DNA from: Candidatus Woesearchaeota archaeon
GTDB lineage: Archaea > Nanobdellota > Nanobdellia > Woesearchaeales > ARS49
Assembly (NCBI GenBank): GCA_016203395.1
Contig: JACQMV010000035.1
Location: 415-64,414 of the forward strand
Length of the DNA: 64,000 nucleotides
Reading direction: 5' to 3'
Shown here one piece after another: positions 9,030 through 17,400 of this stretch. Position 1 is the stretch's first letter. Each line of letters starts with the position of its first letter. Position numbers and translations under genes: made by a program. The notes beneath the pieces were generated by a model. It did not search any database. It saw nothing but the letters and a program-made list of their open reading frames with translations, and was not told where the DNA came from.

Positions 9030-9330
9030 CTGCTAACTCTTATCTTAAATGAGGTCATAACCTATCAGCAGCTATTGTGCTCTGATTATGAACTTTAACG
9101 CAATTAACTCTTTTTAATTGACATGAGCAATACCATTTGTTGCAACCTGTTGCAAACACATTACAAGCAAAAGGTAAGGGCTAAGTATGGCAACAAAACA
9201 AGAAGCGTTCAAATCACGAGCCAAGCCACAAGGGCTGCTAGGAAATAACCATATCTTCTTTGGTAAGTATTGGCAGGTCTGGGAAAAGAATTACGCGCTC
9301 TTTGATAAGTATTAGCAGCCGGGGATTAAG
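9030..9330 (+). repeat. Dispersed modular intergenic repeat, copy A (plus orientation)
   Basis: Modules: gctaactcttatcttaaatgaggtcataacctatcagcagc; tgctctgattatgaactttaacgcaatta...ttgacatgagcaataccatttgttgcaacctgttgcaaacac; aaggtaagggctaagtatggcaacaaaacaag...caagccacaagggctg; tattagca. It matches copies at 26155, 34330 (reverse), 49320 (reverse) and 61706. Confidence 0.7.
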
Positions 9331-9360
9331 TATATATAATAGAACCACGAAATTCAAGCC

Positions 9361-10302
9361 ATGTTTGACATTATTTCAATAGGCAGCGCAACAACGGATT
9401 GCTTTGTAAAAGCGAAACCAGAAGGATTCATCAAAAGACAAAACCATATTGATGTATGTTATGCAGTAGGGCAAAAGGTGCTTATTGAAAGCATGGAACA
9501 CCAAACAGGCGGAGGAGGCACAAACACAGCAGTGGCTTTTGCACGACTAGGGCTTAAAACTGGTTATGCAGGAATAGTAGGAAATGATGCTCATAGTAAG
9601 GAAATACTTGAAGAACTAAAACACGAAGGAATAACCTTTCTTGGCAAACAAAAAAACGGACAGACTGGCTACAGCATAATACTAACAGGGCTGAAGAACG
9701 ACAGAACAATACTAGCATACAAAGGAATAAATGACAGCATGAAACCAGCAGACTTACAAATAAAAGACGCAAAATGGTATTACATATCATCATTCATAGG
9801 AGACAGCTTTGTTTCAGCACAAAAAATCCTACGCAAAATAAAAAAACCATGGACATTCAACCCATCAATGTATCTTGCAAAAAAAGGAATAAACAACCTA
9901 AAAGAATTCGTGCAAGGATGCGGGCTATTAATAATGAACAAGGAAGAAGCAATGGCAGCATTAGGAAAAACTGAAAGCATGAAACAAATGGCACAAGAAC
10001 TCGGAAAAAAAACGTGCAGAACAATAATCACCGACGGAAAAAACGGAGCTTTGGGCTATGACGGAAAATTCTACAAAGTATTTCCAAGAAGAATAAACGT
10101 GATTGAAACAACAGGAGCAGGAGACGCATTCGCAGCAGGATGCACAGCAGCAATCCTAATGGGGATGAAATTTTCCCAAGCACTGAAACTAGGACAAGCA
10201 GAAGCAGAAAGCGTGCTGTGCGCAATAGGAGCAAAAAATAATCTTTTAAGAAAAAACAGAGCAATAGAAGAAATGAAAAACATAACTGTGAGGGAATTAT
10301 AA
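9361..10302 (+). CDS. PfkB-family (ribokinase-like) sugar-phosphate or nucleoside kinase
   Basis: N-terminal GG motif TGGGGTN. C-terminal anion-hole/catalytic motif TTGAGDAFAAG. Substrate cannot be assigned from sequence. Confidence 0.75.
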   Translation: MFDIISIGSATTDCFVKAKPEGFIKRQNHIDVCYAVGQKVLIESMEHQTGGGGTNTAVAFARLGLKTGYAGIVGNDAHSKEILEELKHEGITFLGKQKNGQTGYSIILTGLKNDRTILAYKGINDSMKPADLQIKDAKWYYISSFIGDSFVSAQKILRKIKKPWTFNPSMYLAKKGINNLKEFVQGCGLLIMNKEEAMAALGKTESMKQMAQELGKKTCRTIITDGKNGALGYDGKFYKVFPRRINVIETTGAGDAFAAGCTAAILMGMKFSQALKLGQAEAESVLCAIGAKNNLLRKNRAIEEMKNITVREL

Positions 10303-11219
10303 TGTACAAAAAACTAAGCGAAGTGCTTCTGCCAGCTGCCGAAAACAATTATGCAGTGGGACATTTCAACATAAACAACATGGAAATACTTCAGGCAATA
10401 ATGCAGGCAGCACAAGCACAAAAAAGTCCGGTAATATTAGGAACAAGCGAAGGCGCAATAAAATACGCAGGCATACACTTCCTAAAGAAAATAGTTGATG
10501 CTGCAGTAGAAAACTATCCTGATATCCCTGTTGTCCTCCATCTTGACCACGGAAGAACAATGTCATTAATTCAGGCATGCATAAAAAACGGCTGGACAAG
10601 CATAATGTATGATGGTTCTAACCTTTCTTACGAGCAAAATGCCAAAAACACAAGAGAAATTGCACAACTCGCTCATGAAAAAGGAGTGAGCGTTGAGGGC
10701 GAATTAGGAACAATAGGCGGCGCAGAAGACAATGTCAATGCAAGAGAAATAGTTTATACTGAGCCGGAAATTGCAGCAAAATTCGTCAAGCAAACACAGG
10801 TTGATGCGCTGGCTATAGCAATAGGAACAAGCCACGGAGCATACAAGTTCGCAGGAAAACAACAGCTTGATACTGGACGGCTAAAAGTAATAAACGAGCT
10901 TATTACAACACCATTAGTGCTTCACGGAGCATCAGCAGTCCCAAAAGAAATAATTGAAAAAGCAAAAAAATACGGAGCACAACTAGAAGGTGCAGAAGGT
11001 GTTCCTGAAGAGCAGATAACACGAGCAATAAAAAACGGAATAAACAAGATAAACACTGACACAGACATACGACTAACATTCACTGCGACAATTAGAGAGT
11101 TTCTCTCCAACAACCCAAAAGAATTTGATCCGAGAAAAATACTGGGTGTTGCAAGAGAGCAAATGCAGAAAGTGGCTGAACACAGAATGCAACTCTTCGG
11201 AAGTGCAGGAAAAATATGA
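10302..11219 (+). CDS. fba: Class II (metal-dependent) fructose/tagatose-bisphosphate aldolase
   Basis: HLDHG motif (VVLHLDHGRT) and EGELGTIGG. The start overlaps the stop of the PfkB gene. Confidence 0.75.
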   Translation: MYKKLSEVLLPAAENNYAVGHFNINNMEILQAIMQAAQAQKSPVILGTSEGAIKYAGIHFLKKIVDAAVENYPDIPVVLHLDHGRTMSLIQACIKNGWTSIMYDGSNLSYEQNAKNTREIAQLAHEKGVSVEGELGTIGGAEDNVNAREIVYTEPEIAAKFVKQTQVDALAIAIGTSHGAYKFAGKQQLDTGRLKVINELITTPLVLHGASAVPKEIIEKAKKYGAQLEGAEGVPEEQITRAIKNGINKINTDTDIRLTFTATIREFLSNNPKEFDPRKILGVAREQMQKVAEHRMQLFGSAGKI

Positions 11220-11641
11220 AAACTTACCTGGGAGCAGACCATGCCGGCTTTTGGCTAAAAGAAAAACTGAAAAAATCAATAAAAGGACTTATTGACATGT
11301 CTCCTGAATACGATGAAAAAGACGATTATCCGATAATATCTGCAAAACTCGCAAAAAAAGTAGCAAAAGAAAAAACAAAAGGAATACTCGTTTGCGGCTC
11401 TGGCGCAGGAGTAGCAATAGCTGCAAACAAAATAAAAGGAATAAGAGCAGTGCCTGCATTTGATACATACGAAGCAACAATGAGCAGGCAACACAATGAC
11501 GCAAACATAATCTGCTTAAGAGCAAGAAAATTCCCTGCAAAAAAAGCAATTATGCTGGCAAAACTATGGCTCAAAACACAATTCTCAAAAGAAGAACGAC
11601 ACGTCAGAAGGATAAAGCAGATAAGAGAGCTAGAAAATTAG
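11216..11641 (+). CDS. rpiB: Ribose-5-phosphate isomerase B (RpiB/LacAB family)
   Basis: LGADHAGF...ILVCGSGAGVAIAANKIKGIRA...SRQHNDANIICL matches the RpiB pattern (GxDHAG, CGTGIG.SIAANK, HNDAN). 4-nt overlap with the aldolase gene. Confidence 0.75.
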   Translation: MKTYLGADHAGFWLKEKLKKSIKGLIDMSPEYDEKDDYPIISAKLAKKVAKEKTKGILVCGSGAGVAIAANKIKGIRAVPAFDTYEATMSRQHNDANIICLRARKFPAKKAIMLAKLWLKTQFSKEERHVRRIKQIRELEN

Positions 11642-11840
11642 CAAGTCACCATGAATGCAGCTTAACATAACTAAGCCGCACCTCATCAAGCGTGATATGG
11701 CAGCAACAAAAGAATCCACCAACAGAATACTGTAAGCGTGTGAGATTTTTGCAGCTTCATGAGCAATTATGCAGTCAGCCAGAACTAGCATGATCTTCTC
11801 TGATGCCAAAGCTTAAATACCTTTTTATCAGCAAACAGGT

Positions 11841-12461
11841 ATGGTGACAATAATTCCTACAATATTAACAAAAAGCGTGTGGGAAGCGAAAAAGAAACTC
11901 AGAGAAATAGAAAAATACTGCAAAGAAGTCCACATAGATATTGCTGATAATGAATTTGTCAGCAACAAAACATTTCCTGCATCAACAATACCACTACTCA
12001 AAACAAAGAGCAAAAAAATAGTTCATGCAATGTGCTTCTGTCCTGAAAAACACGTCAAACAATGGAAAAACTGCAAAATCATCTTCCACGCAGAAGCAGT
12101 TGCTGATGTTAAAAAAACTGCAAAAAAACTCGCACTCACAGGAATAAAACCAGCAATCGCAATAACTCCTAATTCACCTGCGAGCATTGCAATTCCTGCA
12201 CTGCCATACGTAAGCGAAGTATTAGTAATGACAGTATATCCGGGATTCGGAGGACAACCACTTATCAAAGAAACCCTAAAAAAAATAAAAGAAATAAAAA
12301 CGCTAAAAAACATCAAAGTCAGTGTAGATGGCGGGATAAACAAGACAACTGCAAAACTTGCTGTTAAAGCAGGAGCAGACATTCTTTACATTGGAAGTGC
12401 GTTATGGAAGGAAGCATTCGGTTTACGCCTGAAAGAAATTAGAAGTTTATTAAGAAAATGA
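11841..12461 (+). CDS. rpe: Ribulose-phosphate 3-epimerase
   Basis: IIPTILT..., HIDIADNEFVSNKTF, VMTVYPGFGGQ, VSVDGGIN. These fit Rpe signatures (PSIL, H.DVMDG.FVPN, M.V.PGFGGQ, VDGG). Confidence 0.7.
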   Translation: MVTIIPTILTKSVWEAKKKLREIEKYCKEVHIDIADNEFVSNKTFPASTIPLLKTKSKKIVHAMCFCPEKHVKQWKNCKIIFHAEAVADVKKTAKKLALTGIKPAIAITPNSPASIAIPALPYVSEVLVMTVYPGFGGQPLIKETLKKIKEIKTLKNIKVSVDGGINKTTAKLAVKAGADILYIGSALWKEAFGLRLKEIRSLLRK

Positions 12462-12599
12462 GGACTGAACAAAAAAGTTCAAATATAAAACGCCTTTTAT
12501 AGGTATACATGGCAAGGCAACACGATAGGAAACAATCAAGATGCAATTAAACTGTTGTATTGTGGTAACATTAAAAAACTCTCTCTTAATACTTGTATT

Positions 12600-13529
12600 A
12601 TGGATTACGACGTATTAATCATAGGTGCAGGAGCAGCAGGACTAAGCGCTGCTATCTACACGTGCAGAAAAAAACTGAAAACAACAGTTGTAAGCATTGA
12701 TACAGGAGGGCAGACAAACCTAACAAGCAACATAGAAAACTATCCCGGAACAGAGCCAATGCACGGACACGAATTAATGAAAAGATTCAAAACTAATGCA
12801 CAAGCCCTCGGATGCGAGTTCATAAATGGAAAAGCAACACTTGTTGAAAAAACACAAGAAGGATTCAAAACAACACTTTCGCATGGAGAAAAAATACTCT
12901 CAAAAACAGTAATAACCTGCTTTGGCAAAGTTCCAAGAAAACTAAGCATTTCCGGAGAAGAAAAATTTGCCGGAAGAGGAGTTTCCCAGTGTTCATCATT
13001 GCAGCCGGAAGAATGCACAAACAAAACAGTTGTAGTAATAGGCGGAGGAAACAGTGCAGTAGAAACTGTAATAAAACTCTCAAAGTACTGCAAAAAAATT
13101 CACTTACTCCATAGACGGGATACTCTGACAGCAGATGAAACGAGTATAGCAAAACTAAAAGAAATAAAAAACATTGAATACCACTTAAATACCACTCCGC
13201 TAGAAATCACAGGAGACAAAAAAGCAGAAACAATAAAAATAAAAAACAACACTGAAAAAGAACTACCTGTTGATGAAATACTAATAGAAATTGGCTACAT
13301 GAACGATCCAGGCCCTGTCCAACACCTTGTTGATATAAATGAAAAAAAAGAAATAATCATAAATGAACGGTGTGAAACAAAAACAAAAGGACTATATGCT
13401 GCAGGAGACTGCACAACAATCCCATTCAAACAAACAATAACGAGTGCAGGAGAAGGAGCGAAAGCAGGTTTAGAAGCACACCGCTACCTCACAGGAGGAA
13501 AAGGTGTCACAATAGACTGGACACATTAG
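12600..13529 (+). CDS. Thioredoxin-reductase-like FAD/NAD(P) oxidoreductase with a non-canonical C-x7-C in place of the CxxC redox centre
   Basis: FAD motif DVLIIGAGAAGLSAA. NAD(P) motif VVVIGGGNSAVE. GRGVSQCSSLQPEEC sits where TrxB has [12 protein letters not shown]. The start was moved to the MDYDV ATG at 12600. Confidence 0.65.
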   Translation: MDYDVLIIGAGAAGLSAAIYTCRKKLKTTVVSIDTGGQTNLTSNIENYPGTEPMHGHELMKRFKTNAQALGCEFINGKATLVEKTQEGFKTTLSHGEKILSKTVITCFGKVPRKLSISGEEKFAGRGVSQCSSLQPEECTNKTVVVIGGGNSAVETVIKLSKYCKKIHLLHRRDTLTADETSIAKLKEIKNIEYHLNTTPLEITGDKKAETIKIKNNTEKELPVDEILIEIGYMNDPGPVQHLVDINEKKEIIINERCETKTKGLYAAGDCTTIPFKQTITSAGEGAKAGLEAHRYLTGGKGVTIDWTH

Positions 13530-13610
13530 TCAAGCCACGAAAACTGCTAAAAAAGAAATACAGCCACAATTCTTACTGAACAACAGATAAATTAACACCT
13601 GACTTATTAT

Positions 13611-14669
13611 TTATATAATTACAGCAGAAGAATCTGATGTTCGTGTAAATATAGTTGATGGCTTATCCTTGAGAAAATCAAATGAGTATAGCCGAACAGT
13701 TTCCTCGCCACTTTTCAGGTCAGAGAGATAAGCATCAAGAAATTCCTGAACTAATTCATCCTGTGTTACTGGTTGCAATAACACAACCTGTTCCTCAAGC
13801 GGCAATTCATTTAGAAGTGATGGCTCTTCTTTCAACAGCGAATACACCAAATGACTTTTAGCCAATACTTTTCTTACTTCAGGAGAATTGACCTTCAAAT
13901 GATACTCAACACCATTCATTTTTGATGCATCAATGTTTAATTCTACAAAAGCAGCACCTTCCATACTTTTCAATCTGTTTTTTACTGCTTCATTGCTTAA
14001 CTTTACGAAATTTGCCGCATACAACTTGCTTAGCACTTTGTTCCTAGGAACTAAAGAGCCCTGAAATTCTGGAATAACCGGCTGGTTATGCGTTGCCATA
14101 AATAAACTATAAAATCCATTAAAGTGAGCTGTTTTACTGCCATTACATGAAATCTGATAAGATTTTGTTTCAAACTCCATCTCTAACAAATCAGGCCTTG
14201 CAAAGCCATCTATACCGCCAATTTGTGAATTAATTGTAGAAGCAGTAGTTAGCACTTCTAACATTAGTTTGTCATCCAAAATCATATACGGATTACGTTC
14301 AATATCCAAAATACGTCCAGACAAGTTCTTTATTTGCTGCACAGTCCCTTTTGAAGAATCCCAATTAATCCTGACACGGTAGCCCTGCTGCAATGGCGTT
14401 GTTTCCAATCTGCCAATCAAACAGTCGTTCTTAAGAACGCGAGCAATAATCCCTTTATTGCGTGAATAAAACTCGCGAAGTATCATCTGAAAATCAATGC
14501 CAGAAAACCTTATTGCGCAATCATAATCTGCATCAAGCTGGGATAGCGTTGCCAGAAGAAAAACCTTATCCTTAGCAACAAAACCACTAAAGTCAAGAGA
14601 TTGCTCACTGAAACCAGGCAATACTTGCGTAAGCATGTCAAATTCCTTTTGATTAATACTTACTTTCAT
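13611..14669 (-). CDS. Hypothetical protein (352 aa), last gene of the GHKL/ClpX-like operon
   Basis: ORF overlapping the 928-aa gene by 17 nt. No recognisable motifs. Confidence 0.45.
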   Translation of the reverse strand: MKVSINQKEFDMLTQVLPGFSEQSLDFSGFVAKDKVFLLATLSQLDADYDCAIRFSGIDFQMILREFYSRNKGIIARVLKNDCLIGRLETTPLQQGYRVRINWDSSKGTVQQIKNLSGRILDIERNPYMILDDKLMLEVLTTASTINSQIGGIDGFARPDLLEMEFETKSYQISCNGSKTAHFNGFYSLFMATHNQPVIPEFQGSLVPRNKVLSKLYAANFVKLSNEAVKNRLKSMEGAAFVELNIDASKMNGVEYHLKVNSPEVRKVLAKSHLVYSLLKEEPSLLNELPLEEQVVLLQPVTQDELVQEFLDAYLSDLKSGEETVRLYSFDFLKDKPSTIFTRTSDSSAVII

Positions 14670-17400
14670 CTGCTACCTCACGTTCATAAAATTCATACTT
14701 ATCAGATTCTTGTATTACCTTTTTAGCAACCACACTCAACGCTCTGCAAAGGTTTCCATGCGCAAGAGCTTTCTCCTCATTAATAAGTTCAAATATCGCA
14801 GGAGCAGAATAACTGCGTATGAGCTTTGCCCTTGTTTTGTAAAACAAGCTCTGAGTAAGTTCAGAATTAAGCTGCAAACCCTTGGCTTTACTGCCAAACA
14901 CTGCATTAAACAAAAACCTGCTTCTTGATGCCTCATCCATTACTTCAAGCCGTCTTACAAAAGCAGCATAATAACAATTTTCTACCAAAAACTCGGCCTG
15001 ATTTAGCGTTGCTGCAAAAGCAACCTCATCAGGATAAGCATTTCCAAGCCAAAAATCCAGTTCATTTCTTCTACCTTTTGATACAATCCTGCAAACAGCA
15101 CGCATTCTTTGAAAATCATCCAAGCCACTCAAGTAATTCTCCAACTTCAATTTGTTATTTTTGGAATAATAAAACAATGCAACAGCAGAAGGAGAGTTAT
15201 CACAAGCAAGCATGGCTCTTTCAAGCATTTCTGCATGCACTTCCAGTGCGTGATCACGTGATACGCAATCAGAAACAACGCCCTTGGCGTGGATTAACGG
15301 AATTAACGCATAAACCAGTTCTGGAATTTTTTTGTCGGCAACCAATACAAACTCAGAAGCATTCCTGCCAATACCAACGTGGAGGCCTTCATAATCCTGC
15401 TGAACTAATGTGTGTTTGTTATTAAAATGCATGCCGCACTCCTGACAATGGTTGAAATCAATCAGATTAAAACCAAAACCATGCATGTCACTCAATGCAA
15501 AACTCATCATTCTAACTAATGACTCCATTCTCGCCTTATTAGCTTCATTAATCGCATGCCTTTCATATACTCTTCTCTCAAAATAATTCCTGAGCATTCT
15601 ACTCACAGCAAAAGAATCTGATTTTTCCTGAGAATCAGCATCCTGCGTATGACGTGTTGCAGCATGCTTTACTGCATTAAATGAAGGCACTAAAACCTTT
15701 GTAGTAATAAAAGAATGACGCGCACTTTCTGACACTTTTTTGCTTGCAGATGCGCAATTATCAATCAAATAAGCTGAACCTTGCTTTATTGCATTACCTG
15801 CTGAACAAGACGCATCAAAAACCAAATTGTATGCACGACTAACTGCGCCTTTTACTCTCCTATAATTTTTCCTTGTAGAATCCTTCATTCTATTAATTGA
15901 TTTCTCATTCTTAGCAATAACTTCATTTCCAAAATCATAAGCAACATTTGTTGCCTTAGCAGCAACATAGCCAGTCAAACAAACACCGCCAATTGCTCCG
16001 CACGCAATTGCTCCTGTAGAAACAACATCAAGAATCACATCACCCACACTATATGCATTAACTGCCAATGCGCCTGCTCCAGCAATGTAAATTCCTGCAG
16101 CAGAAACAGTTTTTATTACCGGATTATTAATCCCTGAAAAAGGAGCGAGCAAAATATTAGCTCCTTTTTTTGCATGCTTTCCTCCAATGCACATGGCACG
16201 AGTGAGTGTGGCTTTTCTCTGCACATTACACAAGTAAGAATCATAATCCTTAATAGGAATATAACGCGATGGAGTGCAAAATATGTCAAAGAATACTCTT
16301 GTAAAGTCTATCTCAGAGAAATCAAGCACAAGCCCATCTCCTTCTTCAGGCAGTGTATTTTCTCTTGAAAAAAACAGTATCTTCGATCTCTGGTTAATAC
16401 TAAGAAAATCTGAGATATCTGCCAAAGAAAGTTTTCTGTTATAAACATCCTTAAAAACATCTGCTGTCACAACTGCGCTTTCAAGATCACCGAGCCGGTT
16501 ATTTCTTGCCCGGAGACCAATTACTTCCAATGGCAAATTAGACATAATGCCCTTTGCTAAAACCCCAAAGGGCTCATGAAACTCCTTATCATCAGGATGC
16601 TCAATAAACTTCTTTACAATCTCCAGATTCAACAAGTAAATGCCCTTTACTGCAGACTGTGTAAGATCCTGAACTGTTTTTTCTGATTCAAGAGCAGCAG
16701 TTGAAGGAACCATTGGAATATCCGGACTGTCAATAATAACATATTTTCCTGAACCAATAGTGCTTGTTGCACTATAAACAAGAACGTTGTTTCTGAGCAA
16801 CAACAGCTTACCTGATACTCCTTTTTGTTCTTCACAAAGCAAGCCAGCAACAGCTCTTGTATTACCTGCACTAAAATCAACTACACACCTTGATTTGATA
16901 TCAATATTAACTTTTTTCTTTCCAAGATATACTGGAACAGAACTGTATTTGCACCGTTCTATAATCTTGGCAACTGCGTTATCGTGAGACCCTTCTCGTT
17001 TCTTAACAACAACATGCATGCCGTTTTTTAAGGATGATTTCTCAAATGTCTGATGACCGAGAGCATCAATACGAAGCTGAACAGCACTGCCATTGTGAGC
17101 ACTATCAAGAATAATTTCCAACGGACTTATTGCAAATGCAGAATACACCAGTCCGGGAATGTTAGAACTGCCTGCTTGTGTGGTAAACGCCTGTTTGAGA
17201 GATTCTTCGCTAATACCCTCGCCATCTGAACGAACAGAAAATTCAGAAGCACTGCAATTAACTCTGACCTCGCCGGGTCTTGTCTGCATCACTAACTCAA
17301 CAAGAGCAGAAGCATACGCGCCCGGTTCCTTATCTGTGCACTGACCCAGCTTACGTGCCCTGCTAATAACATCCACTGTGTAAGGAAAATCTTTATTCAT
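14653..17400 (-). CDS. Large protein (about 915 aa) with a divergent N-terminal GHKL (Hsp90/MutL-like) ATPase-like domain and a Gly/Ala-rich hydrophobic segment; paralog of 17393..20038
   Basis: N-terminus MNKDFPYTVDV. N-box-like ALVELVMQT. G1-like SVRSDGEGISEESL. G2-like GLVYSAFAIS. A Gly/Ala-rich hydrophobic stretch GIYIAGAGALAVNAYSVGDVILDVVSTGAIACGAIGGVCLTGYVAAKA is present. Preferred start is ATG 17400, an 8-nt overlap with the upstream gene. Confidence 0.55.
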   Translation of the reverse strand: MNKDFPYTVDVISRARKLGQCTDKEPGAYASALVELVMQTRPGEVRVNCSASEFSVRSDGEGISEESLKQAFTTQAGSSNIPGLVYSAFAISPLEIILDSAHNGSAVQLRIDALGHQTFEKSSLKNGMHVVVKKREGSHDNAVAKIIERCKYSSVPVYLGKKKVNIDIKSRCVVDFSAGNTRAVAGLLCEEQKGVSGKLLLLRNNVLVYSATSTIGSGKYVIIDSPDIPMVPSTAALESEKTVQDLTQSAVKGIYLLNLEIVKKFIEHPDDKEFHEPFGVLAKGIMSNLPLEVIGLRARNNRLGDLESAVVTADVFKDVYNRKLSLADISDFLSINQRSKILFFSRENTLPEEGDGLVLDFSEIDFTRVFFDIFCTPSRYIPIKDYDSYLCNVQRKATLTRAMCIGGKHAKKGANILLAPFSGINNPVIKTVSAAGIYIAGAGALAVNAYSVGDVILDVVSTGAIACGAIGGVCLTGYVAAKATNVAYDFGNEVIAKNEKSINRMKDSTRKNYRRVKGAVSRAYNLVFDASCSAGNAIKQGSAYLIDNCASASKKVSESARHSFITTKVLVPSFNAVKHAATRHTQDADSQEKSDSFAVSRMLRNYFERRVYERHAINEANKARMESLVRMMSFALSDMHGFGFNLIDFNHCQECGMHFNNKHTLVQQDYEGLHVGIGRNASEFVLVADKKIPELVYALIPLIHAKGVVSDCVSRDHALEVHAEMLERAMLACDNSPSAVALFYYSKNNKLKLENYLSGLDDFQRMRAVCRIVSKGRRNELDFWLGNAYPDEVAFAATLNQAEFLVENCYYAAFVRRLEVMDEASRSRFLFNAVFGSKAKGLQLNSELTQSLFYKTRAKLIRSYSAPAIFELINEEKALAHGNLCRALSVVAKKVIQESDKYEFYEREVADESKY

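Noticed and set aside
7988-9058. The long N-terminal extension of the MBL-fold gene (tracked start 9058)
   Set aside because: The first 43 codons are hydrophobic, low-complexity and overlap the repeat copy A. An internal ATG with a GGAGG upstream gives the conserved MKITFYGTRG N-terminus.
9200-9235. tRNA T-loop-like GCGTTCAAATCACGAGCC within the repeat
   Set aside because: The flanks do not form an acceptor or T stem, and no cloverleaf can be drawn. No tRNA gene could be supported anywhere in the window.
9030-9330. Interpreting the TTGACA inside the repeat as a bacterial -35 promoter box
   Set aside because: The gene content is archaeal (S13e-type uS15, NadM, split Tkt). A sigma70 -35/-10 model does not apply. 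The hexamer is simply part of the conserved repeat core.
9030-9330. CRISPR array or box C/D sRNA interpretation of the repeat family
   Set aside because: Copies are 17-27 kb apart, not regularly spaced repeat-spacer units. There are no convincing RUGAUGA/CUGA box pairs, and there are no cas genes.
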